A stretch of DNA of 51,309 nucleotides from Octopus bimaculoides (taxonomy: Eukaryota), in assembly GCF_001194135.2 (NCBI RefSeq), contig NC_069007.1:22276792-22328100 (forward strand), in the 5' to 3' direction. A program made the position numbers and the translations under genes. Positions 35,767 through 48,586 of this stretch are shown one piece after another; position 1 is the first letter of the stretch; the number at the start of each line of letters is the position of its first letter. The notes under the pieces are model-generated. The model was not told the DNA's origin. It worked only from the letters and a program-made list of their open reading frames with translations, and did no database searches.

Positions 35767-35985
35767 GAGAGCACGTGGCTTAATGGGTAAGGGCATTTGG
35801 CTCTTCATTGTAAGGTCATGGGTTCAATTTTTGGCAATGAGTTGTTTTCTTGAGCAAGACACTTTATTTCATGTTGCTCCTGTCAACTCAGCTGGCAACA
35901 GTGAGCTGTACCTGTAATTCAAAGGACCAGCCTTGTCACATGCTCGTTCATGCTGAATCTCCCTGAGAAGTATGCTAAGGGTAAA
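35767..35985 (+). mobile_element. SINE family C (CpG-decayed), followed by an inverted fragment at ~35990-36040
   Basis: Homologous to 12405-12620; TTGAGCAAGACACTTTATTTCATGTTGC is mirrored by GCAACATGAAATAAATTGTCTTGCTCAAG. Confidence 0.8.
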
Positions 35986-36189
35986 CTGATGCAACATGAA
36001 ATAAATTGTCTTGCTCAAGGATACAATGCACTGTTGGGAATTGGCTGCAGGTTGTATCGTCCCTGAATTGGTAGAGGGGAAAAATTCTGAAGCTTGGATT
36101 TTTGTTATTGTCACAAATGTCAATGTGTTGGTTGAATGCTATTTTTCTGTTTTGGGGAATTTTGATCTGGGATCTGTGCTAGAGAATTA

Positions 36190-36400
36190 CACCAACGAAC
36201 TCCCACATCACATCAAAAAAGAATTTGTGATAGAAGGGCTAAAATTCATCTTGAAGAATAACTGCTTTGTCTTCAAAGACAACTTCTATCCACAAACATC
36301 GGGGACTGTGATGGGTACGAGAATGGCCCCCTCCTTTGCTAACCTAGTCATGGGATATCTAGAAATTAGTCTTTATTGTAAGGTTCGAGAAAAATATAGC
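36190..36400 (+). mobile_element. Penelope-like element reverse-transcriptase fragment
   Basis: LKFILKNNCFVFKDNFYPQTSGTVMGTRMAPSFANLVMGYLE matches the PLE RT Y.Q..G..MG..MAPS.AN..MG.LE motif; open frame. Confidence 0.85.
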
Positions 36401-36404
36401 AACC

Positions 36405-36585
36405 CATTCATACACATCACCATTCTCATTCATACACATCACCTCTTCATCCTCATTCATGCACATCACCTGTCCAACTTCATTCATACACATCACCTGT
36501 CCAACTTCATGGACAGGTGTTGTGTATGTATGAGGTTGGACAGGTGATAAGTATGAATGAGGTTGGAGAGGTGATGTGTATGTAT
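36405..36585. repeat. 27-bp minisatellite that inverts mid-array
   Basis: CATTCATACACATCACCTGTCCAACTT-type units at 36405-36507; reverse-complement units at 36511-36585. Confidence 0.9.
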
Positions 36586-37617
36586 ATATGTATGGATATA
36601 TATATATATATACATATGTAGTATGTCTCTCTCTCTCTCTATATATATATATATACTTGCATATATATAAATACACACACTCACAAGCACACACACACAT
36701 GTGCACCCACACACACATGTACACCCACACACACACGTGCACACACACACACATGTGCACACACACATATATAAATATATAGACAGATGACACATGATAT
36801 AGTTTGTGTTATGCCTTATGTTGTCATGGAAACAACAGTAACTGATATAACATGTTCACCTTGGTCTTGACAGGAAGAAGAGGTGTGGTGGGTAGATGGA
36901 TAGGGAGGGGATAGAGACAGACAGACAGGTAGATAGATTGATAGACAGACAGATAGAGGGATACATAAATAGAGAGAAAAAGAGTGAGCAAGAGAGAGAG
37001 AGAGAGAGAGAGATAACCAGGTAAAATGACAGGTAGCTAAATAAGTAGATATGGGTATATGTAAGTAATTAGGTTGGTAAATACACAAGTGTAGAGAAAT
37101 ATACATATATATATATAGAGAGAGAAAGATAGATAGATGAATAAAGAAACTGTAACAGCTTGAAAGAGAGAAGGTAAAGTTGTTTTCAGAATATCAAGGC
37201 CACCATCTCAAAATTTACCACTCATGACACCACCTCTACAACCTCGCCACCAACTCCATCTTGACCACAACCACCAAGTGTAGTAGTAGTAGTAATAATA
37301 GTAACAGCAGCAGCAGCGATGGCAGTGGTGGTGGTGGTGGTGGTAGTAATAATACTCAATAACACCACCGACAGCACCAGCACCGTCACCGGCATCATAA
37401 CATGTTGCTGGAGGAAAGTTTAACAATTACTTTTAAGGGAGATAAATGTGTACATGTGATTGTTTCAGTGCAGATGTGTGTGTGTGTGTATAAAATATGT
37501 GTTAGTGTACATTGGAGGATGAGTATATGTATTGGGAATAAGGAATGTGTGTAATATGTACACAAATTTATTGACTTATCTTAACTTCCTTCTATTTTTC
37601 TCCTTCTTGCTATATAT

Positions 37618-37805
37618 ATCATCATCATCATCGTTTAACGTCTGCTTTCCATGCTAGCATGGGTTGGACGATTTGACTGAGGACTGATGAACCAGATGGC
37701 TGCACCAGGCTCCAATCTGATCTGGCAGAGTTTGTACATCTGGATACCCTTCCTAACGCCAACCACTCCAAGAGTGTAGTGGGTGCTGTTACGTGCCACC
37801 AGCAT
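37618..37805 (-). mobile_element. Family D (RTE-type 3' end, (GAT)n tail)
   Basis: Homologous to 1975-2160. Confidence 0.8.
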
Positions 37806-39049
37806 GAGGAATACTCAGCCACTTGCCTGTTAATTTCATAAGCAGGCTGTTTCAATAATCGGATCAGCTGGAACCTTCATTGTCGTAACTGACAGAGAGT
37901 CAGTTTATATTTTTGTATCTCATGGCATGATTGTTAATTCTTATGTAACAAACTTCAACTAGTTATGAAACAATTGTACCTGTTCCACTCCTTATATGTG
38001 ACCAGTGGTGTGTAATAACATCTCATAGTCTGGTTGGTTACATGATGTGATTATATTAAACTATAAAGAGTTCCTGGATGAATATCTCCAACAACATCCA
38101 CACAAGACATCTACACCTTGGTACATCTGCGCATAAGTATTCAAAGAACGACTGCAATATGAAACATTATCAAATGTCTTTTCCAAGTGGTGCAATTAAG
38201 TTAGTCATGGCCTGGGCGAATGCTGGCTGAAACTCATCTCAGTATGTGTGTGTATATGAGAATATATTTATAATTTACAGTTCCATTATAGGTAAGCTCA
38301 ACAAAAAAGGCCTCCGTCCAATTGACAGATATATTTATGTGCATACACACACACACGTGCATGTGTGTGTGTATGCGTGTATTCTGTTGATTTACATATG
38401 CAGGCATCTGATTTTGTGCATATGAATTTGAGTGCGTGTTAATGTATGTAGATGTATGTGTGTGTGTGTATATATATATATATGCACATATCTATTTACA
38501 CACACACACAAATGGGACTTTGTATATACATGTGTTTACTTGTTCGGATATGTTAGGTAATGGCTCTCAATCAATAGGAACAAGAAAAAAAGTTCCAGAA
38601 ATAAAACGGTAAGACACGTAAGATTCACCAAGATGTTCTAGACAAAACCGAAAAAGAAAAAAAAAACAAAAACTAAAACAATAACCATCATAATGTTCTG
38701 TTGAAGTAGAAAATAATGGTGGAATTTAATAGGATTAAATGAAGAGGGAACTAGTTTTACTGCCACTTCAGAGTAAGCCAGTAGGTGGCGTTGTCATTTG
38801 TATTGTTGATGTATTTTTATATTTTTGCTTTCTTTTTTTTACATAAACCCACACAAGTACACATATATGTATATATTTATGTATGTTTATCTATCTATCT
38901 ATCTATCTATCNNNNNNNNNNNNNNNNNNNNNNNNNNNNNNNNNNNNNNNNNNNNNNNNNNNNNNNNNNNNNNNNNNNNNNNNNNNNNNNNNNNNNNNNN
39001 NNNNNNNNNNNNNNNNNNNNNNNNNNNNNNNNNNNNNNNNNNNNNNNNN

Positions 39050-39094
<45 letters not shown>

Positions 39095-40588
39095 ATATAT
39101 AATTATATATAAATTATATATAATTTATATGTATACATATTCGATTAATATAAAATAAAGCTGAAGCAAATGAACACCAAATATATAGTGCGTGTTTTCA
39201 TTGGCTAAACTAGCAACATGACCGTCCCAAATACAATATACACACACACACATATATACATACATACATACATACATACATATTTAATATCATCTGAGAA
39301 CCTCATAGCATGCTTTATAAAGCTCTTCCATGGACATCAGCTACCATGTGCTATCTTACAGCAGGAATTCTCCTTTTATTGGATAGACATGTGGAAATCC
39401 GTTGATAAACAGAAGAGAAGAGCTCTAACACAGGAAAACGGAATGATCAGGCTTTCATCCAAATCAGTAGAATTGTTTCTTTGCATTAGCAAAGAATAAA
39501 TCCTGGGGGGGGGGAGCAATTTCTTTGATGAAAACCCTTTAAGGCAAGTTCTCCAGCATGGCTGCTGCAGTCTAATGACTGAAACAAGGAACAGAATAAC
39601 AGAATTCTTCCCTGGATGAGACCCTGGTCTGTTGCAAGTTTATTCTTTTTTGCCGGATGACAACATTTCATCCAGTCCAGGAATCAAAGCCACAATCTTA
39701 CAATCATGAATCCAACCCCCAAACCACTAACCACTTAATGCAAAAACATGACAGTTATTGATTAGATCTGCCTATTGCTTGTAATCATAAGCCTGATTTA
39801 CCTCTCCCTGATCATCAAAACCCCTCCACCCTCTATAGTAGAGTTGCTAACACCTCTATTCCAAGGAAATACAATCATATTGCTCAACATACTGATGGAG
39901 TACAAGCTCACTGACTGTCAAAAAATCTTTAATTGCTCAATCTCCTAACTCTGTTCATTAAATGGGTTTTGTTTGCCCTATAACAAGGTATATAAATGTC
40001 TGATTTCATGACTCCACGTTCGTATCCGGCTTTATGTGATGCTACTTTGCTCACCTGAGCTTCTTCTCAAATATGGCCTCCAAAACAATCTGCTTCCCTA
40101 GCCACCTCATACACTGCCCCAAGCCCCACTCTTCTGCAGCTGGAACAATTTCTGTATTCTTCTCATTTATCTATTACAGTTTTAGACACAGCAGGTCCAA
40201 TGCTGCAGTAAATTGCCTTTTAATCATGTGCTTACATTAATTGGAATACGTAGATGGATACATATATAAATACACACAAACATTTATGTATATATGTATA
40301 CATATATATATATATATATATATATANNNNNNNNNNNNNNNNNNNNNNNNNNNNNNNNNNNNNNNNNNNNNNNNNNNNNNNNNNNNNNNNNNNNNNNNNN
40401 NNNNNNNNNNNNNNNNNNNNNNNNNNNNNNNNNNNNNNNNNNNNNNNNNNNNNNNNNNNNNNNNNNNNNNNNNNNNNNNNNNNNNNNNNNNNNNNNNNNN
40501 NNNNNNNNNNNNNNNNNNNNNNNNNNNNNNNNNNNNNNNNNNNNNNNNNNNNNNNNNNNNNNNNNNNNNNNNNNNNNNNNNNNNNNNN

Positions 40589-40662
<74 letters not shown>

Positions 40663-41179
40663 CATATATATATATACATACATATATACACCCACACACT
40701 CATGTGTGCACACACACTCACACACATATTTATATGTGTGTGTATGCATATTTGTATGTGTATGTACATAAACCTAAATGCATAATAACACACACACGTA
40801 CATATGCGCTTTCCAGACATACTTGAACATGTGCACACACACACACACACATCTACTCACAATCACTCAATACACACACACACACATACAAACACACGTA
40901 CTCATATGACATTATTAAAATATCAAAAAAATGGCAGGACTAAGAATTAATTATATCTTGAAATCTATTGATGGAGATAAAAATGACAAAGTGATATTTA
41001 ATACTTTAAATTGGCATTTATGTTTATGAAATAATTACGTCTAATCAATTAAGCATGTTCTGATTTGGTGTATGCTAAGGACTTGAGGCTGTCAAATTCT
41101 ATGGCTAATCTGAGGAGTACTCAAGGCTGTCAAGTTTCTAGTTTGATGAGAGTACTCCAGGCTGTTATTACATGCTCTC

Positions 41180-41405
41180 TTAACCTATTAGCATTCAAAT
41201 TGTTCTGTCAAATGTAATGCTTCTTCACATTGTTTCGCATTAATCAGACATTATCTTGTAGCTTTTTGAGATTTTGATGAGGCAACTGTTAAGTTTTAGA
41301 ATGATATCATAAGACTGGTGTGAGGGGCCAGATGTGGCCAGTTTGAACATAAAACAGGTAGAATATTTTGGCCAGATATGACCAGTTTAAATGCTGCAGG
41401 GTTTA
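41180..41405 (-). mobile_element. piggyBac-like MITE, diverged full copy
   Basis: TTAA|CCTATTAGCATT ... AATGCTGCAGGG|TTTA; body matches the reverse of 47177-47396. Confidence 0.75.
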
Positions 41406-41654
41406 CGTACACTTTCATAATGCTACAACTCTCATTTTGATATGGTTATATGTTTGTTTCAAATTTTGGCACAAGGCCAGCAATTTCAAAGTAGGGGGCT
41501 AGTTGATTGCACTGAGTATGGCTTTTAAGATAGTATCTTATATTAGAGAGTGGGACTGAACGCAGGACCATGTGGTTATGAAGTAACTACATAACCACAG
41601 AGCCATACCTGTGACTGTAGCCACACCCATAATGATAGTATATATAAAAATATA

Positions 41655-41872
41655 TTCTTTTCTATTCTAGGCACAAGACCTGAAATTTGGGGTTGAGGGG
41701 GCCAGTCAATTAGATCCACCCCAGTACACAGCTTGTACTTAATTTATTGACCCTGAAAGGATGAGAGGCAAAGTCGACCTTGGCGGAATTTGAATTGAGA
41801 ACGTAAAGACAGATAAAACTACTGCTAAGCATTTCGCCCGGTCTGCTAACGTTTCTGCCAGCTCACTGCCTT
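41655..41872 (-). mobile_element. SINE family B, near full length
   Basis: GGCACAAGACCTGAAATTTGG...GAAAGGATGAGAGGCAAAGTCGACCTTGGCGGAATTTG...GCCAGCTCACTGCC. Confidence 0.85.
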
Positions 41873-42014
41873 ATATATAAAAATATATTAAACATCCTTT
41901 GCTGGTGGTGTGTAGAGCAATATTCAGTGACCTTTCAATTTGATTTCCAACAGTTTTAATATATCACTTTACATGAAACAAACATTAATATATCATCATC
42001 ATCATGATTTTATA

Positions 42015-42058
<44 letters not shown>

Positions 42059-42160
42059 ATATGATATATGTCTATAATTTAATAGTTTGCACTCAGAACA
42101 CTTTTATAACTGCACCTCAGGACAACTAGTGATTGAAATGATTTCAGTGGAAACTATTAA

Positions 42161-42205
<45 letters not shown>

Positions 42206-42210
42206 CACAC

Positions 42211-42242
<32 letters not shown>

Positions 42243-42350
42243 GTATACACACACACATACATATATGGATAGAGAAAGAGAGAGAGAGGAAAAGAGGGAC
42301 CAAAAGAGAAAGAAGTTGCTATAAATCTACATTTGTCCATCAACCTGTCC

Positions 42351-42396
<46 letters not shown>

Positions 42397-42405
42397 ATAT
42401 TTATA

Positions 42406-42443
<38 letters not shown>

Positions 42444-42555
42444 GAGTTTGTGATAGTGTTATATAAATCATTGGAATTTGCTTCTACTTAAATCATTGAA
42501 TCCTAGATTAGTCCTTAACAAATACATAATAATCTCATTTCTCTTCTATTTGTAG

Positions 42556-42643
42556 CTTTCTGAGACTTGGCATCGTTCCAAGTTTGTCTCTGAACAATCA
42601 GGATGTTGTAGAGAGACTTCTATTAATTATCCATAGAACAGCT
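42556..42643 (+). CDS. Candidate internal coding exon of an unidentified host gene (x-FLRLGIVPSLSLNNQDVVERLLLIIHRTA)
   Basis: Acceptor TTTCTCTTCTATTTGTAG with CTTAAC branch-like motif ~37 nt upstream; donor CT|GTAAGC; 88 nt, phase 2 in and phase 0 out; non-repetitive, helical-looking peptide; no homology search possible. Confidence 0.5.
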
Positions 42644-43199
42644 GTAAGCATTCACAGACACTTGAAGGTATCTAGACTTGAGATATCACTTTGTTTGTCT
42701 GATTAATTTGTAACAGAAATGATACCAGAATATAAAACACTGAACACTAAACGATAGATTTTTGCATACGAAATTAGCTCGGTGATATTTTAATTAAAAA
42801 AATATAATTACTCATCAAATTTTAATGACTCAGAGATGTCGTCTACATGAAGAACAACAGATAGGTCAGTAATTAAAATGTTTAGTTAATGAGCATTAAA
42901 AATCAAATTATGGATTACTTATGTAGAGAGAAAAAGACATTGGGCCAAAGCTTTATCATCAGTCTCTTTTGCTGAATTACTAATTTATGGATGAAATTAA
43001 GTAAGTGGACAGTGTGTGGAACTCTATCATCTGAGTTACACCAGTCCTATGGTTGTAGATTTAATCTGATACCCAGTTTAGCATGCCCCATGGCTTTCAG
43101 TGTCACGAGGCAGAGCCAACTTTGTTGCAAATATACAGACCTGTTTTGTGATCTGGAAATGAGGGTTTCAAATGTTGGCAAAAGGCCAACAAGTTCCAG

Positions 43200-43585
43200 G
43201 AAGCATGTGAGTTGATTACATTAACCTCAGTGCTCAACTGGTCCTTATTATATCAACCTTGAAAGGAGGAATGGCAAAGTCAACCTCACCAGAATTTGAA
43301 CTCAGAACGTCAAGATGGATGAAATGTTGCTGAGCATTTTGTTGGCATGCAAACAAGTCTGCCAGCTCACCACCTTATCTATAATATTAATAATAATGGT
43401 TTCAAATTTTGGCACAAGGCCAGCATTTTTTAAGGAAGGGATTAAGTTGCTCAACTGGCCCTTATTTCATTGACCCGAAAATGATGAAAGGCAAAGTCAA
43501 ATTCGGCAGAATTTGAACTCAGAATGTTAAGTCAAATAAATTTTCACTAAGCATCTTGCCCAGCGTGCTAACGATTGTGTCAGCT
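43200..43585 (-). mobile_element. Two tandem SINE family B copies (43200-43376, 43395-43585), CpG-decayed
   Basis: Both show GGCAAAGTCAA...AGAATTTGAACTCAGAA. Confidence 0.8.
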
Positions 43586-44064
43586 TGTTGATCCAGTATG
43601 CATTTTAAATGAAGTTAACAGTTTTCATAGATTTATGAATGGCTAACATGCATCTTCTATACAGCAATTGCTTCAGTGAATCCATGTATAATGAATAGGG
43701 AAGGATATAATGTCCTGAGAGTTTTGCCCATCATCAGAGAAAGTGGGGAAAAAGAGTGAAGTGGTGGGATGTTTTAGAGTGGAAGCTATAAGATATCTGG
43801 ACTCAGGATGTTTACCTGATATTTTTGATATAGTTTTGCTGATTTTGCAGAAGACAAATACAATTAATTCAAAGATGTTATAATTAAATAAACTGAAAAT
43901 TGAATCAAAGAAAATAAATTTCTTTCAAGCTGGAAAGAAGTTTTTAGTTTTCCTAATTAGCTACAAATACGTATATATAGGTTTTATATATATGTATATA
44001 TGGTGGGGGGGGGGATCTTCCTCCCTCTCTCTCTCTCTCTGTGCACACACATACATGCATTTAT

Positions 44065-44265
44065 ATCTTTTATCTTTTACTTGTTTCAGTTGTTAGACTG
44101 AGGCCATGCTGGAGTACTGCCTAGAGGAATTTTAGTTGAATGGACTCCAGTACTGATCTATTTTTAAAGCCTGGTACTTATTCTATCAGTCTGTTTTGCT
44201 TAACCCCTGATGTTATGGGGACCTCAACACACCAACACCAGTTGTCAAGCAATGGTGGGGGAGAC
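44065..44265 (-). mobile_element. SINE family A, 3' half
   Basis: TCTTTTATCTTTTACTTGTTTCAG...GGCCATGCTGGAG...ACCAACACCAGTTGTCAAGC. Confidence 0.85.
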
Positions 44266-44324
44266 ACACACACACAGACATATATGTTTGTATATATATA
44301 TATATATATGTATACACTGATATA

Positions 44325-44695
44325 GGTGCAGGTGTCACTGTGGGGTAAGAAGCTTGCTTCCCAGCCACATGATTCCAGGTTCAATCCCACTGCATGGCAA
44401 GTGTCTTTTGCTACAACCACAGGCTGGCCAAAGCCTTGTGAGTGGATTTGGTAGACAGAAACTGAAAGAAGCCTACCGTATGTGTGTGTGTGGATGTGGT
44501 TGTGTCTTGACAATTGTTACTGGTGTGTTTATGTCCTTGTAACTTAGCAGTTCAGCAGAAGAGACTGATGGTATAAGTATCAGGTTCAAAAAGAAGATAA
44601 GTGCTGGAGTTGATTAGTTCAACTAAAATTCCTCAACATGATGCCCCAGCATGGCCGCAGTGAAATGAATGAAACAAGAAAAAATAAAAGATACA
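44325..44695 (+). mobile_element. SINE family A, full length
   Basis: GGTAAGAAGCTTGCTTCCCAGCCAC...GGTTCAATCCC head; (TG)n middle; CCCAGCATGGCCGCAGT...AAAATAAAAGA tail. Confidence 0.85.
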
Positions 44696-44744
44696 TCTTG
44701 ATCATAGGTCTACACAATAACAGCTGGCCTAGGGCTAAACAACA

Positions 44745-45095
44745 GAGAGAGAGAGGACACCACCCATTGGTCATGAATGACCATAGGATTGCACCTAGAA
44801 GGTTCCCTTCTGAGGCACAAGCCTGGGCAAGGTTGTTTATGGAAGACCAGCAGTCGCCCATGCACACCAGCCTCCCCTCTCCACGCCACTGATGTTATCC
44901 AAGGGAAAGGCAAAAGGGCCGATACAGCTTGGCACCAGTGATGTCACAACTCATTTCTACAGCTGAGTGAACTGGAGCAACATGAAATAAAGTGTCTTGC
45001 TCAAGAACACAACACACGACCTGGTCTGGGAATCAAACTCACTACCTCATGATTGTGAGCCTGATGCTCTAACCACTGAGCTATGTGCCTTCACT
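44745..45095 (-). mobile_element. tRNA-derived SINE family C variant, full length
   Basis: Reverse reads GTGAAGGCACATAGCTCAGTGGTTAGAGCATCAGGCTCAC...GAGTTTGATTCCC (A- and B-box-like), then TTCTTGAGCAAGACACTT. Confidence 0.85.
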
Positions 45096-45342
45096 GGTAC
45101 ATTTATTCTTTTTTAAAAAAAATGCATTTTATAGATAATGGTTTTTATTTATTTAGATATTATTAATTTCACATGAAGATGTTTTTTAAGCTAATACAAT
45201 TTAATTAATTTTGAAAATGCTAATACAATTACAAAAAAAGGAAACTGAAAATTTAATCAGAGAAAATCATTGTCTTTCAAGTTAGAAGTTTTAGTTTTCT
45301 TAATTGGCAACAAATATCTCTGTAGCTTATAAATATATATAT

Positions 45343-45573
45343 ATTCTTTTATTTGTTTCACTCATTTGACTGTACCGTGCTGAAGCATCGCCTTGAAAGG
45401 ATTTATGTTTTTATTTCAAAGCCTAGTACTTTTTCCGTCAGTCTCTTTTTGCCAAACTGCTAAGTTACATGGACATAAACACATCAACACTGATTGTCAA
45501 GTGGTGATGGTGAGGACAAATCCAGACAGACACACACATAGATATATACATACACATAGATATATACATACAC

Positions 45574-45605
<32 letters not shown>

Positions 45606-45762
45606 CCGATGGGCTTCTTTCAGTTTCCATTTATTAATCTATTCACAAGAATTTGGATAGCTTGAGGCTATAGAAGAAGACATTTGCCCATAGTGCTGTG
45701 CAGTGGGATTGAACCCGGAACCATGTGGTTGGAAAGCAAGCTTCTTACCACATGGCCACACA
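45343..45762 (-). mobile_element. SINE family A, full length, with internal CA/TA microsatellite
   Basis: Both halves present either side of 45527-45605. Confidence 0.85.
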
Positions 45763-45794
45763 ATCCCACACAAACATAACCCTAACCCTAACAT

Positions 45795-46020
45795 CTACTT
45801 TCTCCTGCTTGCATGGGTTGGACACAATTTGTTGAGGCAGATTTTTCTGCAGCTGGATGCCCTTGCTGTCCCCAACCTTCACCTGTTCCCAAGCAAGGCA
45901 CTATTTCCCCCATGGTCAGAGATATTTTTACGGAATATTGGAAACTAATGACTTTGCTTATATAACAGTGACACTCATTTATAACTATCACAAAATGTTA
46001 AGACAAGGACACACAAACAT
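45795..46020 (-). mobile_element. Family D-related fragment
   Basis: GCATGGGTTGGAC...CAGCTGGATGCCCTT; similar decayed copy at 47745-47930. Confidence 0.6.
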
Positions 46021-46145
46021 AAGCACACAGATACAAAGACACACACACACACACAATAAATGAAGATCAATAGATATTAAATATTGAATACATGGTACAA
46101 ATGTTTCAATAGACTGGCATCTTATTAATAAATAATTTATTATGT

Positions 46146-46194
<49 letters not shown>

Positions 46195-47051
46195 TGCACG
46201 AGAATCCTAAGGGACTCACTCGAGCTAGGGGCTATACTTTACTCTAGAACAGAGATTTTGGGCCATGTCTGCATTTTAAGAAATTTCTGCTGGCCTTTTG
46301 GGAACCACCGGAAGTTGATGGCTAATAAGAGAGGGAGATAATTCCCTATTACTTACCCTTATAACTGATCAATGGCAGCACAGTCAAAAGTTGATAGGCA
46401 TTAGCGAAGGGAGATAATCCAGACTTTTCCCCTCCATATGACTACTGACCAAGACNNNNNNNNNNNNNNNNNNNNNNNNNNNNNNNNNNNNNNNNNNNNN
46501 NNNNNNNNNNNNNNNNNNNNNNNNNNNNNNNNNNNNNNNNNNNNNNNNNNNNNNNNNNNNNNNNNNNNNNNNNNNNNNNNNNNNNNNNNNNNNNNNNNNN
46601 NNNNNNNNNNNNNNNNNNNNNNNNNNNNNNNNNNNNNNNNNNNNNNNNNNNNNNNNNNNNNNNNNNNNNNNNNNNNNNNNNNNNNNNNNNNNNNNNNNNN
46701 NNNNNNNNNNNNNNNNNNNNNNNNNNNNNNNNNNNNNNNNNNNNNNNNNNNNNNNNNNNNNNNNNNNNNNNNNNNNNNNNNNNNNNNNNNNNNNNNNNNN
46801 NNNNNNNNNNNNNNNNNNNNNNNNNNNNNNNNNNNNNNNNNNNNNNNNNNNNNNNNNNNNNNNNNNNNNNNNNNNNNNNNNNNNNNNNNNNNNNNNNNNN
46901 NNNNNNNNNNNNNNNNNNNNNNNNNNNNNNNNNNNNNNNNNNNNNNNNNNNNNNNNNNNNNNNNNNNNNNNNNNNNNNNNNNNNNNNNNNNNNNNNNNNN
47001 NNNNNNNNNNNNNNNNNNNNNNNNNNNNNNNNNNNNNNNNNNNNNNNNNNN

Positions 47052-47132
47052 TCAGTCCTCAGTCAAATCATCCAACCCATGCTAGCATGGAAAGCGGACG
47101 TTAAACGATGATGATGATGATGATGATGATGA
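47052..47132 (+). mobile_element. Family D 3' terminus with (GAT)n tail
   Basis: CCAACCCATGCTAGCATGGAAAGCGGACGTTAAACGATGATGATG... Confidence 0.8.
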
Positions 47133-47172
47133 AAGTAGAGTGGCAAGGAATGTGGGTTAAGATTAGAGCAGT

Positions 47173-47563
47173 TTAACCCTTTAGCATTAAAACCAGCCAT
47201 ATTCAGCCCAAATATTCCGCCTTTTTTATGTTAAAACTGACCAGATCTAGCCTCTCACACCTACCCTACCATGTCATTCTAAAAGTAGACAATCACATCA
47301 TTGAAATCTCAAAACTATGAGATAATGGATGATTAATTCAAAGCAATATGAATAAATAAACATTACTTTTGACAGAGTAATCTGAATGCTGAAGGGTTAA
47401 ACTGGCCAGATCTGGCCTTTCACAGCTACCCTACAAGGTCTTTGTTAAAATATACAATCACATCATTGAAATATCAAAGCTACAAGATAATGTATGATTA
47501 ATTGAAAATATTGTGAATAAATAAGCATTACACTTGACAATAATTTGAAAGCTAAAGAGTTAA
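47173..47563 (+). mobile_element. piggyBac-like MITE (47177-47396, 220 bp) plus tandem partial copy (47401-47563)
   Basis: TTAA|CCCTTTAGCATT ... AATGCTGAAGGG|TTAA: TTAA target sites and CCC-initiated TIRs. Confidence 0.85.
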
Positions 47564-48555
47564 TTAGAATGAACACTAATTAACTAACTCATCAGTAGCT
47601 ATTATTAAGTAAATGGAATGGTAGATATAATGTAGTAACGAACCCAACCAATGTTTATTTAGACAAGATGAACTGCTAATTGGTTGCATAATGTGCTAGA
47701 AACAGCAGCCAAATCACTCTTACACATCATCATTTGATGTCCACTTTTTTAATCGTGCATGGATCAGACAGAATTTGTTGAGCAGGTTTTCCTACTGTTG
47801 CATGCCCTTCCTATCACCAACACTTGCCTGATTCCAAATAAGGTCAGATTTTCTCACAGCCAGACATGCTTTTCACACTCACTTTATATGCAGGTTTACA
47901 AACATCTCATGATGTCAAGTCAAGGGTACACACACATACACATATGTGGGGTATGTGTGTGTACTTAAAAAACTAAGTACTGAGGTCAAGTTGACTGACT
48001 GAAACCCTTCAAATTTGTGCTCCAACATAGCTGCTCTTTAACGATAAAAAGGTAATCCCTTTTCACGATGGCAGTTGAGATTTGAGTGAGATTTAGCTGT
48101 TATTTCTAGTAAATTGAACGTCTGCGGAGAGGCTCCTTCATTGGCGCTTCTAAATAAATAGAGATGTTGTTTTCTCTGGTGTACAGCTGCAGTATTAATG
48201 TAAGCAGTTTAGGAAGAACAGTGTGCACTGGTGGTAAGATATAGGAGTGGGGAGATGTGCAGCAAAAAAGAGAGAAAGAGATAGAGTGAGTGAAGGAGAG
48301 TTTAGTTGTCTGTGAGATGAATGTAAGAGGATGTTAGAGAAGTCGGCAGGTGAAAGCTGTCATTTTTGCTTTCACAGATTCAACGAAGACTTCCATTTTT
48401 GTTGGCAACGCATTCATTAAGCACATACACACATACCTATATACATACATATATATGCATGTATACATATACACACAGACACAAGCACACACACATTTAT
48501 ATATATATCTGTGCATATGATATAGAATAAATATAAAGAACATCACATAGATATG

Positions 48556-48586
<31 letters not shown>

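Noticed and set aside
44990-45095. tRNA-like heads (also 12405, 27798, 27881, 44325)
   Set aside because: No complete cloverleaf; most continue into SINE bodies, so they are not called as tRNA genes.
45779-45792. AACCCTAACCCTAAC telomere-like dimer
   Set aside because: Only about two units; expected by chance or microsatellite drift.
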